Below are positions 1 through 9,903 of a DNA stretch of 38,409 bases, piece after piece. Source of the DNA: Chiloscyllium plagiosum (Eukaryota); contig NC_057758.1 in NCBI RefSeq assembly GCF_004010195.1, forward strand, positions 1,205,396 to 1,243,804, written 5' to 3'. The position numbers and the translations under genes are program-made. Numbering within the stretch: position 1 is the first letter of the stretch; each line of letters begins with the position of its first letter. The notes below the pieces were generated by a model. The model made no database searches, was not told the DNA's origin, and saw nothing but the letters and a program-made list of their open reading frames with translations.

Positions 1-243
1 TGACTGTGTGGAGTTTGCACGTTCTCCCCGTGTCTGCGTGGGTTTCCTCCGGGTGCTCCGGTTTCCTCCCACAGTCCAAAGATGTGCAAGGTCAGGTGAA
101 TTGGCCATACTAAAATGCCTGTAATGTTAGGTAAGGGGTAAATGTAGGGGTATGGGTGGGTTTCGCTTCTGCGGGTCGGTGTGGACTTGTTGGGCCGAAG
201 GGCCTGTTTCCACACTGTAATCTAATCTAAATCTAAATCTAAA
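1..243 (+). mobile_element. HE1/V-SINE-type SINE, central domain and 3' tail (5' end outside window)
   Basis: V-domain-like core GGAGTTTGCACGTTCTCCCCGTGTCTGCGTGGGTTTCCTCCGGGTGCTCCGGTTTCCTCCCACAGTCCAAAGA, LINE-like 3' end GGGCCGAAGGGCCTGTTTCCACACTGT, (TCTAA)n tail; closely matches the full copy at 29583-29899. Confidence 0.9.
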
Positions 244-1127
244 AGGTTCAAGAAGATGGGGCACTTACGTCTCAACCAACCTCCGACCAGTTTGGATATG
301 CTGGTGCAGCTTTTTAACTTCTACTGTGCTTTCTATACCTCTTCCAATTATTAATTGATTTATCCTGTTTTCTGACATCAGTCTTCCGAGTCCTTTTCAT
401 AAATAACCAACACTGTGACTTTGTGGGACCCATTTTATTGCATCAGAACCTTTTCAATTCCTCTTAAACCATTCACTGGTTTCCTTTTTACTCTGTGGTA
501 ACCTATCTTTATTATGTTTCCACATGAGGATTTCTCTTTTCCTCAATTTCTATCTCTCACAGGTTGAAATCGATGGTGGAAACTGAACTTTGATATATGA
601 ACCAACTCGTAACGATTTGTCATTTCCGTTGCTAATCATGCTGTTTTGACTCTTTGTTTTTCCCCATGAGTTTTCATGAACTCGGGAAGGGAATTTTTAA
701 GCTCGTCCATCCTTTTAAGCCGACTTTCCTGTTAAAGTGCCAATTTCTGAAGTTCAAACACTCTCTCTTTGTTCCTTTCCTCTCGCTCCTTGTCTCTTTC
801 CACTCCTGGAGCCTTCCTCTCCTTTTATTATTGTTATCCCAAAGTGATGCTTCATTTTCTTTTTGTTCTGCGAGGCCGATTCATTCCTTTTTTTCTCTTT
901 TCTTTGCTTTTAACAGTAATTTAAACGGTTCCATTTTATTTTCATGTTCAAACTGTCTCATCTGCAATTGAATTGAAATCTGATGATTTTTCCAGCAAAT
1001 TTAAATGCCAAACCAGTTCTGTAACAATCGCTCCATTCCTCACAGATGAATGCAACGCCAACTTCCACTTGTCTGCCAATTCTCACAAATCTGCTTTTCT
1101 CACCTTGTGTATAACCCACAAAGTCAC
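241..1127 (-). mobile_element. Gypsy (Gmr1-like) gag fragment; near-identical inverted copy of 12309-13194
   Basis: Reverse complement matches 12309-13194 almost base for base (compare ORFs 654..971+ with 12512..12781-, and 973+ with 12278..12463-); ends at an assembly gap. Confidence 0.9.
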
Positions 1128-1627
1128 NNNNNNNNNNNNNNNNNNNNNNNNNNNNNNNNNNNNNNNNNNNNNNNNNNNNNNNNNNNNNNNNNNNNNNNNN
1201 NNNNNNNNNNNNNNNNNNNNNNNNNNNNNNNNNNNNNNNNNNNNNNNNNNNNNNNNNNNNNNNNNNNNNNNNNNNNNNNNNNNNNNNNNNNNNNNNNNNN
1301 NNNNNNNNNNNNNNNNNNNNNNNNNNNNNNNNNNNNNNNNNNNNNNNNNNNNNNNNNNNNNNNNNNNNNNNNNNNNNNNNNNNNNNNNNNNNNNNNNNNN
1401 NNNNNNNNNNNNNNNNNNNNNNNNNNNNNNNNNNNNNNNNNNNNNNNNNNNNNNNNNNNNNNNNNNNNNNNNNNNNNNNNNNNNNNNNNNNNNNNNNNNN
1501 NNNNNNNNNNNNNNNNNNNNNNNNNNNNNNNNNNNNNNNNNNNNNNNNNNNNNNNNNNNNNNNNNNNNNNNNNNNNNNNNNNNNNNNNNNNNNNNNNNNN
1601 NNNNNNNNNNNNNNNNNNNNNNNNNNN
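1128..1627. other. assembly gap (N run)
   Basis: Ns. Confidence 1.
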
Positions 1628-2228
1628 AACTACCGGACGCCTGGATGCCTCATCTTACACTTTGGGATCCTCCAACCATAGAGGATCAATGTGGATTTCA
1701 CTAGTTTCCTCGTATCCTCTCTACACCCTCAACTGTATCTCAGATGCAACCTTCCAACTCGGCACAGCCTTCTTGAACTGCACTATCTGTTAATCTTCCA
1801 CCCGACCTGTCCGTCCACTGCCCTCTCCGACATCTTCCACCCGACCTGTCCGTCCACTGCCCTCTCCGACTTATCACATTCACCCCCACCTTCATCGACT
1901 TAGTGCATTCCCAGCTACCTTCACCCAGCCACACCCACTCCCATTTACCTCTCCACCCCATCGGGTCAGAAGACTCCTCCTTCAAACACCGCAATTTCCC
2001 CCCAGTCGTGGTCAACGATGCTCTCCACCGCATCGTCTCCACTCCCCGCTCCTCCGCCCTTGAGCCCCGCCCCTCCTACCGCCACCAGGACAGAACGCCA
2101 CTGGTCCTCCATTACCACCCCACCAACCTCCATATACAGCATATCATCCGCCGTCATTTCCTCCACCTCCAAACGGACCCCACCACCAGGGATATATTTC
2201 CCTCCCCTCCCCTATCAGCGTTCCGAAA
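1628..2228 (+). mobile_element. Penelope-like element fragments (end of GIY-YIG domain and 3' region, followed by RT C-terminal/linker region)
   Basis: ORF 1903..2250 contains FKHRNFP..DALHRIVSTPRSSALEP..RTPLVLHYHPTNLHIQHIIRRHF..IFPSPPLSAFR; paralogous to ~28333-28899. Confidence 0.8.
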
Positions 2229-2230
2229 NN

Positions 2231-2311
2231 TGTTGGGAAAGGGTGTGTAAGGAAGGCACTATTACAATATTCACGGTAGACCTCTGTATGCAGGTGGACT
2301 GGGAATATCAG
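2231..2311 (+). mobile_element. short CR1-type LINE endonuclease fragment
   Basis: VCKEGTITIFTVDLCMQVDWEYQ resembles the decayed 'IIMGDFN..VDW' motif of the APE domain. Confidence 0.5.
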
Positions 2312-2858
2312 TCTGGGCCACCCGGACGAACCAACCCAATCACCCTGTAGCACAGCATTTCAACTCCCCCTCCCACTCCACCGAGGATATGCAGGTCATT
2401 GGTCTCATCCACCGCCAAACCACAACAACCCGATGGTCGGAGGAGGAGCGTCTTATCTTCCGACTGGGAGCCCTCCAACCGCAGGGGATGAACTTGGGCT
2501 TCACCAGTTTCTTCATCCCCCCTCCCCCCACCTTGTCTCAGGCGGATCCCTCCCGCCCGGCACCGCCTTCCTGCCCTGCAGTCTTCTTCTTGGCCTCTCC
2601 GCCTCCACCCTACTCCGACCTATCACCTTCACCTTGACCTCTTTCCACCTATCACATTTCCAACGCCCCTCCTCCAAGTCCCTCCTCCCTACCTTTTATC
2701 TTCTCCTGCTGAACACTCTCTGCCCTTCTTCGGGCACAGGCCTGTGCCCGAAACGTCGAATCTCCTGTTCCCTGGATGCTGCCTGACCTGCTGTGCTGTT
2801 CCAGCAATAAAGTTTCAACTTTGATCTCCAGCATCTGCAGACCTCACTTTCTCCTCGA
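2312..2858 (+). mobile_element. Penelope-like element 3' end (GIY-YIG C-terminus, 3' UTR and pLTR with rearranged hammerhead-like motif)
   Basis: HPVAQHFNSPSHSTEDMQVIGL..EEERLIFRLGALQPQGMNLGF; C/T-rich UTR; pLTR GCCCGAAACGTCG..GATGCTGCCTGACCTGCTG..TCCAGCATCTGCAGACCTCACTTTCTCC. Confidence 0.85.
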
Positions 2859-2859
2859 A

Positions 2860-2997
2860 GAATTAACCATGCTAAATTGCCCGTAGTGTTAGGTAAGGGG
2901 TAAATGTATGGGTGGGTTGCGCTTCGGCAGGTTGGTGTGGACTTGTTGGGCCGAAGGGCCTGTTTCCACACTGTAATGTAATCTAATCTAGTCTAAA
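2860..2997 (+). mobile_element. HE1-type SINE 3' half
   Basis: Matches ~29762-29899, including the same tail TGTAATGTAATCTAATCTAGTCTAA. Confidence 0.85.
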
Positions 2998-3637
2998 GCC
3001 TAGGAAGGTGATTTGGGTTTTGAAAAATTCACTTTTATCTAGCTCTATCACCAAGCATACCTTCCACAATCAATCAAACAATTCCAACAAATGGTGCAAA
3101 CGATGCTTCTATGACTGACTAAAAATCACTAGGTCAACAATACACATCACACAGGTGGGTAATCGAGCAATAACCTTATTAGCTAGTCTCTGAAATGTGG
3201 CTAGAGCGGTTTTATGCCAAATGGTTTCTGCACTGATATGGTCCACAGTCCTTTGAACTGCTCTGTCAGATGTATTTGCCAACTTAGAATTGTAAGTTGC
3301 TTGCCCCACTTCTTCGACAGTCCGCCAACTGCAGAATTGGATATGTATCACTCTTTGCAACGGTGTGACATTGCAATAATTCACACATAACCGTTGGGTA
3401 CCATCTCGCTCTGGCACAATGAACATGGTTGAGCTCCAGTCACAGTAACTCACTTCCGTTATGCCAAATCGAAGCATGCGGTCTACCTTCTTCTGAATAT
3501 GTGCCAATTTTAGAATGTTATGCCTACAAAGATGTTGCTTAATCAGAACAGCATCTCCTATTATGCACAATTAGGTTGGTACTTCCCAGTTTATTTCCAC
3601 ATATCTCCCCATGTGAAAGTAATAACTCTTTTAAGTC
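2998..3637 (-). mobile_element. Gypsy RT fragment (duplicate of ~29900-30540)
   Basis: ORF 3109..3570: WSSTMFIVPERDGTQRLCVNY...ALATFQRLANKVIARL..CIVDLVIFS (decayed YIDD motif). Confidence 0.85.
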
Positions 3638-3649
3638 GTTTGTGGTTGT

Positions 3650-4200
3650 GTGCACAACCATCTAATCTCATTCCCAGTGGTCACAATGCCAGTCTCACTC
3701 TTGGTCTCAGAGCTCACTGTCTCAGTCTCTTTTAGACCCAGTACACACTATGACACTCCCTGTCTCTCTACCAGACACAGACATCACTATCCAAGTCTCT
3801 GTTTCACTGAATTCACTGTAAACATACACGGTGAGTCCCACAGATTGCCGTCCCATTCTGTGTCAGTCACAGAGCTCAATGCGCCAATTTCTGTCAGTCC
3901 CAGACCTCCCTGTCCCAGTTTCACTCTCGGATCCAGGGCTCATTGTCTCGGTTTCTCTCTCAAACCAAGAGCTGACTGTCCACGTCTCTGGTAATCCAAG
4001 AACTCACTGCTCCAGTCTCGGCAAATCCCATCGTGCACTATGCCTGGCTGTGTCAGTCACAGAGCTCCTGTTCCAAGCTGTGTCAGTCACAGTGATCGCT
4101 TCTTAGCCCCGTGCTCACTATCTCAGTCTGTGTCAGCCCCAGAGCTCACTGTCCCAGTCTGTCAGACACAGACCTCCCTGTTCCAGTCTCACTCTTGTTC
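3650..4200. repeat. degenerate 31-bp minisatellite, first block
   Basis: Recurring CCCAGAGCTCACTGTCCCAGTCT(C/G)TGTCAGT-like units, e.g. at 4138-4168. Confidence 0.8.
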
Positions 4201-4471
4201 TGAAGGTGATTTCGACACCTCTCTGATAAATGAAATCAAAGCACCCAGACGTTAGAACCTTGCCTCTGTAATCAGACAAAGGAGTGTGACACGGTAATAG
4301 CCTACTTCTCACCACTCGTCTGTTTTGAATAATTTAACAGAATTACTAAAATCCGGACAATTTCCTGACAACTGATCAAAATTCCACTGGAAAGAATGTT
4401 ATTCAGAATAAATACAAAGTCCCATTTATATAAACGGAAGTAATAAGAAAATAATAAATGAAAATATAATC

Positions 4472-4529
4472 NNNNNNNNNNNNNNNNNNNNNNNNNNNNN
4501 NNNNNNNNNNNNNNNNNNNNNNNNNNNNN
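4472..4529. other. assembly gap (N run)
   Basis: Ns. Confidence 1.
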
Positions 4530-4730
4530 AAAAGAACACTTCCTTAGACACGATCGATGATGCAACAAAGACTCATGATATGATTGATTTTAGGCTGAAA
4601 CACCATGAATTGGCGTTGGATTTCTGTGTGTTTGTTTTAAATTATTCGGCCAAATTCAAAATTGCCGTCTAAACAAGCTTAAGGCATCCATTAACAAAAC
4701 CAATTGTTCCATGTTTCCATTTTAGAACTA

Positions 4731-4959
4731 GGAGAAAGTGAGGACTGCAGATGCTGGAGATCAGAGCTGAAAAATGTGTTGCTGGAAAAGCGCAGCAGGT
4801 CAAGCAGCATCCAAGGAGCAGGAGAATCGACGTTTCGGGCATAATCCCTTTTTCAGGAAAATTTTCCTGAAGAAGGACTCATGCCCGAAACGTCGATTCT
4901 CCTGATCCCTGGATGTTGCCTGACCTGCTGCGCTTTTCCAGCAACACATTTTTCAGCTC
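4731..4959. mobile_element. fold-back (palindromic) Penelope pLTR-derived insertion with TSD
   Basis: 98-bp inverted arms 4764-4861 and 4862-4959 with no spacer; 33-nt unpaired extension; flanked by TCCATTTTAGAACT (4716-4729) and TCCATTTTGGAACT (4958-4971). Confidence 0.85.
4863..4898 (+). ncRNA. minimal type-I hammerhead-ribozyme-like motif
   Basis: CTGAAGA(4867-4873)-A-GGAC TCAT GCCC-GAAA-CGTC; stem II has one mismatch and stem I is weak; a mirrored, mutated copy lies on the minus strand at ~4828-4858. Confidence 0.5.
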
Positions 4960-5084
4960 CATTTTGGAACTGTGTACTTTCTCCACCTGATTCCTTTAAG
5001 TGATAAAAGGATTATATCTTAAAGGGGGCATACGTTGTTTTGCAATTCATGATTATTTTATAAAAGTATTTAGCACTTTCATCT

Positions 5085-8000
5085 CCAATGCTCACTGTTT
5101 AACTCTCACTCTCAGTCTCAAAGCTCACTGTGCCAGTCTGTGTCAATCCCAGTGCTCAGTGTTCTAGTCTGAGATATTCCTGAAATTTAGTGTAATTGTG
5201 TGTTGGGGGGTGGGGGCACAGAGCTCACGACCTCAGTCATAGTCGCAGATCTCACTTTTCAACTCCGTCAGTCCCTAAGTTCGCTGACCCAGTCTGTGGC
5301 AGTTCCAGAACTCAATGTCCCAGTCTTACTCTCAGTCCCAAGGCTCAGTGGCCCAGTCTGTGCCAGTCCCAGACAACACAGGCCCAGCATCTTTGAGTCG
5401 CAGAAATTGCAGTCCTGTTCTCACTCGCATTCCCAGAGCGCAATAATCCACCCTCTGTCCGCCCCACAACCCACTGTCAAATTCTTTCACTTACAGAGCT
5501 CTCTGTTCCAATATCTGTCAGTCCGAAGCTTCATTGTCACTGCCTCAATCAGCCACAGAGAGCACTATCCCAGTCTCTGTCAGTCCTAGAGCACAATGCC
5601 CAGGTGTCTGTGAGTCCCAGAGATCACTGTCTCATCCTAAATCACCCCGAGACCTCATTTTCCCAGTTTCTGTCAGCCCGTGTTCACTGTCCCAGGATGT
5701 GTCAGTCCCAGAGCGCAGTGCCCCAGTCTCATTCAGTTCCAGAGATCGCTCTGTCAGTCTCTTTCAGGCCCAGTGCTGACTGTTTCAGTCTCTTTCCGTC
5801 TTAGAGCTCATTGCGTCTGTCTCATTCTCCCTTCCTCTGCTAACTCTCCAGGTTTCTGGGAGCTCTCTCCTACATTCTTCCCCGCCGTCTGTCTCAGTCC
5901 CAGATCACACTGGCCCAGAAACGTTCAATTCCAGTGCTCACTGTCTCAGTTTCACTCTTAATCCCAGAAATCACTGTCCCAGATTCTCCCAGTCCCACAG
6001 CCTAATGTCACAGGCTTATTCAGTCCCAGAACTTGTTGTTCCTGTCTCTGCGAGGCCGACAACTCAATGTCCCAGTCTCACTCTCAGTCGCAATCTCACT
6101 TTCTGCCTCGAGTTCATTGTCTCAGTCTGTGCTCCAATCTGTCATTCTCACACCTCACTATCCCTGTCTCTGTTAGTTCGAGGACTCACTGTCCCAGTCT
6201 CACGCAATCCCAGAATTTACTGCCCCAACCTCGGCCAGTTCCAGACCTCATATTTACATTCGGTGACAATTCTAGAGCTTACTGCTGCAGTCTGTGACTG
6301 TCCCAGCGCTCACTGTCCCCATCACTGTCAGTCCCAGACCTCACAGTCTCAATCTTTTTCTTTTAATTTTCAGAGGTCACTGTCACACTCTCACTCTCAA
6401 TCCCAGTGATCACCTTCCCAGTCTCACTCTCAGATCCAGAACCCATTGTCCCTGCCTCTTTCATTGCAAGAGCCCATTGCCCACTTTCAGGCTCACTTTC
6501 AGTCCCAGTCCCGAGCGCCCAGTGATTCTCAGATCTCACTGGGACAGTCTCTTTCTGTTCCAGACCACACTGTCTCACTCTTGTGTCCCATCGTTCAACA
6601 CCACAGTCTCATTCTGGGTCCCATGCGCTCACTGCGACAATCACCTTCTGTCAGGACTTGATTGTCCAAAGTCCATATCATTTCCAGTGCTCATTCTTTC
6701 AGATTTGGTCAGTCACAGTGTTTACTGTCCCAGTCTTTCTCAATCCCAGAGCTCGTTCTCCAAGTCTCACGCTCAGTCCTACAGCTCTTTCACAGAAGCC
6801 TCTGTCAACTCCACTTCTCACTGTCCCACTTCCTGTCCGTCTGTGTGTTCACTCTCCCAGTCACTATTTGCATGACAACTCACTATCCTAGTCTGGGTCA
6901 ACCCCGCAGCTCATTGTCGCAGTCACTGTCAGTCTCAGAGGTAACTATCCCAGTCTCTCTCTCGTCTTAGTGCTCAGTGTCCAAGTCTGTCAATCACAGA
7001 GCTCACCGTCTCAGTCTGTTTCTGGTACAGAACTCACTTTCACAGTTTGTGTCAGTTGCAGAGCTCACTGTCATAGTCTGTGTCAGTCCCAGTGCTCATT
7101 GTACTAGTCTGTGTTCGTCCCAGATCTCGCTAGTCCAGCCTATTTCAGTTCCAGAGTTGAAATATCCCAGTCTGACTCGCTGTTCCAATTTCATTCTCGA
7201 TCCCAAGTGCACAATGTCCCAATCACTTTCAGTCTCAGATCTCACTCTCCAAGTAGCTGACTGCCCCAGCTTTCACTCTTCCAATCTCTTCCCCACTACA
7301 TTCCTCACTCTTCCAGTTAGTCTCAGTCCCAGAACTCACTACCCCAGTCTATTTCATTCCCAAATCTCAGTGAATCAGTCTGTGAGGGACCCAGATCTTA
7401 CTGTTCTAGTCTCTTTCAGTCCCACAGCTCACTGTCCCGGTCTCACTTTCGGTCCCAGAGTTCACTGCCCCACTTTCTCCCAGGGCCGGCTTGCTGACCC
7501 AGTCTGGCTCTCAGTCCGAGGTCTCAATGAACCAGTCTGTGTCAGCACCAGATCTAAACTGGCCATGTCTCTTTCAGTCCCAGAGCTTGTTGTCCCAGTC
7601 TCACCTTCGGTCCCACAACTCACTGTACGTATCTCAGTCTCGGTACAAGAAATCACAGTCTTGGGCGCTGCCAGTTCCACAGCTCACCATTCCAATCTGT
7701 GTCAGTCCCGGAGCTCACTGTCACAGTCTTTGTCAGTTCCAGAACTCACTTACCTAGCTCCTGTCAGTCCAAGTCCTCACTCTTCCAGTCTCTCTTAGTC
7801 TCCATGTTTACTCTCCGAGTTTCTCGTCAGTCCCAGAGCTTATTCCGCCAGTCTCTGTCAGTTACAGTGCTTGGTGTCCCAGTCTATTACAGTCCCAGAG
7901 CTCACTGACCCAGTGTGTGTCAGTCCCATATGTCACGTCCACTGTCTTTCGGTCCCATAGCTGACTGTCCCAGTCTCTGTCAGTCTCAGAACTCACTGCC

Positions 8001-9265
8001 CTCGTCTCTGTCAGTGTAATTGCTCACTGTCCCAATCTTCCCATTCCTATTAAGCACTATTCCAGTCTTACTCTCAGTCCCAGGTCTCAGTGACATAGTC
8101 TGTATTAGTCCCAGAGCTTGCTTTCCCATTCTCACAGTTGGTCGCAGAGCTTAGACGTTGTCAATCCCTGCTCACTGTTCCAGTCTGTGTTAGTCCCAGC
8201 GCTCACTCTGCCAGTTCCTTGTAGTTCCAGGCCTCACTGTCCGAGTCTCTGTTAATCCCGTTGTTCACTCTCCGAGTTTGTTGTTATTCCCAGTGCTTAA
8301 TCTCTCAACTGTCAGGCAGCAGTTCACAGTTACAGTCTCTGTCAATCCCTGTGCTCAATCTCGCAGTCTCACTCAGTTCCAGTGCTCTCTGTCCCACTTT
8401 AAATCTCAGCCCCAATACTCTCTGCTCTTGTCTCTTCCTGTCCAGAAATTAATCTTCCAGTGCCATTCAGCACCAAATCTCACTATGATCATCTCACGCT
8501 CGGTCCCAGAGCTCACTGTCCCCAGACTGTCAGTCTCACAAATCGCCGTACCACTCTGTGTCAAAGCCACACCTCATTGCACCACAGTTGTGTTCAGCCT
8601 CAGAGCTTACTGTCCCAATTGCTGTCAGTCCCAAAGCTTACAGTCCCTGACTGTGGTAGTCGCAGAGCTCACTGTGCCACATTGCGTAGTCTCAGGGCTC
8701 CATTGCAATCTCACTTTCTGTCCCTGCGCTGTCTGCTCAAATCGCATTCTATTCCAAAACCAATCTCCCCGTCTCATTGACTCCTGGTTCTCACTGTCTC
8801 ACTTCTGAAGCTCGGCCACAAAGCTCACTGTCGAAATCCCTGTCAGTCTCAATGCTCACATTCCAAGTCTGACTCAGTCCAAATGCCACTCTCCCAGTCT
8901 CAGTCAGATCTCATTCTCCCAGTTCCTTGTCAGTACCAGTGCTCATTTGCCCAGAACCGACTGTCAGCATCTGTCAGAATCACAGATGTCACTGTCCTGG
9001 GCTGTTTCAGTCCTAGACCTCATTGTTTCAGTCTCTCTTAGTCCCAGAGTTCTCTTGCACAGTGTCACGCTCAGTCCCATTGCTCGTTGTCCCAGTTTCA
9101 CTCTCAGTCCCCAAGAACTCACTGTCCAAGTCTCACCTTCAGTCAAAGAGCTAACTGTCTCATCCTCTGTTAGTTTCAGAGCTCACTGTCTGAGTCTCAG
9201 TCAGTTCTAAGAGTTCAGTGTCCCTGTCTGTTTCAGACCCAGTGTTCACTGTCAGTCTGTGTCAG
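5085..9265. repeat. degenerate 31-bp minisatellite, main block (~4.2 kb)
   Basis: Consensus read by eye as CCCAGAGCTCACTGTCCCAGTCTCTGTCAGT (variant ..CTCACTCTCAGT); accounts for the many SQSLSVPELT/PRAHCPSL-type spurious ORFs. Confidence 0.9.
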
Positions 9266-9422
9266 TCTAAGGGGCGGGTCATCAAGAAAATTAAGACATT
9301 GTTGATCTCAAAGTTAGACGTAAAAATGGCAGGTTCATAAAAAACATAGGTACTGCGTCTGCAAATGAACAAAAAGTAAGCAGTGAATAGGAAAGGTGAG
9401 ATACAGCTGCAGATTTTAACCA

Positions 9423-9646
9423 GGCGAACGTGAGGAATGCAGATGCTGGAGATCAGAGTCGAGGTTAGAGTGGTGCTGGAAAAGCACGGCAGGTAAGGCA
9501 GCATCCGAGGAGCAGGGAAAACGACATTTCAGGCAAAAGCCCTTCATTATTCCTGATGAAGGGCTTTTGCCTGAAACGTCGTTTTCCCTGCTCCTCGGAT
9601 GTTGCCTGACCTGCTATGCTTTTCCAGCACCACTCTAATCTAGACT
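9423..9646. mobile_element. second fold-back Penelope pLTR-derived insertion with TSD
   Basis: ~93-bp inverted arms 9457-9549 and 9554-9646; 34-nt unpaired extension; flanked by CTGCAGATTTTAACCA (9407-9422) and CTGCAAATTTTAACCA (9645-9660). Confidence 0.85.
9549..9584 (+). ncRNA. minimal type-I hammerhead-ribozyme-like motif
   Basis: CTGATGA(9553-9559)-A-GGGC TTTT GCCT-GAAA-CGTC: intact core boxes, 4-bp stem II, palindromic ACGT at stem III; stem I poorly paired. Confidence 0.6.
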
Positions 9647-9798
9647 GCAAATTTTAACCACCTACAAAATAAATATAATTTTGTGGGTGCTCCATTGTCT
9701 GGGTCTAACGAAGACAAGGACTAGGTGTGACACATTCCTGATTACAAGGTGTTCAGGTATGTTAAGAAAATTTGTGATGGTAAATGTTGCAGATATTG

Positions 9799-9903
9799 GA
9801 GAGAGACGGGTGACAGAGACACAGAGAGAGAGAGTGAGACTCTGTGTGTATGTGTGTGTGTGTGTGTATGAGAGAGAGAGAGAGAGTGAAAGAGTGAGAG
9901 AGG
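9799..9903. repeat. compound (GA)n/(TG)n microsatellite
   Basis: gagagagagagtgagactctgtgtgtatgtgtgtgtgtgtgtatgagagagagagagag. Confidence 0.9.

Noticed and set aside
973..1793. Long ORFs spanning N runs (also 11208-12206 and 4302-4568)
   Set aside because: Artefacts of translating assembly gaps.
4731..4959. Classical DNA-transposon MITE interpretation of the palindromes
   Set aside because: The inverted arms are not terminal on the left (33-34-nt overhang), the TSDs are long and variable, and the sequence is homologous to Penelope 3' ends within the window.
5196..9210. Many overlapping Ser/Val/Pro/Cys-rich ORFs up to 273 aa
   Set aside because: By-products of the stop-poor 31-bp repeat; the unit is not a multiple of 3, frames cycle, and there is no domain or splice evidence.
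3650..9265. CRISPR-like or regularly spaced repeat array
   Set aside because: Units are contiguous and degenerate with no unique spacers; vertebrate context and no cas genes.
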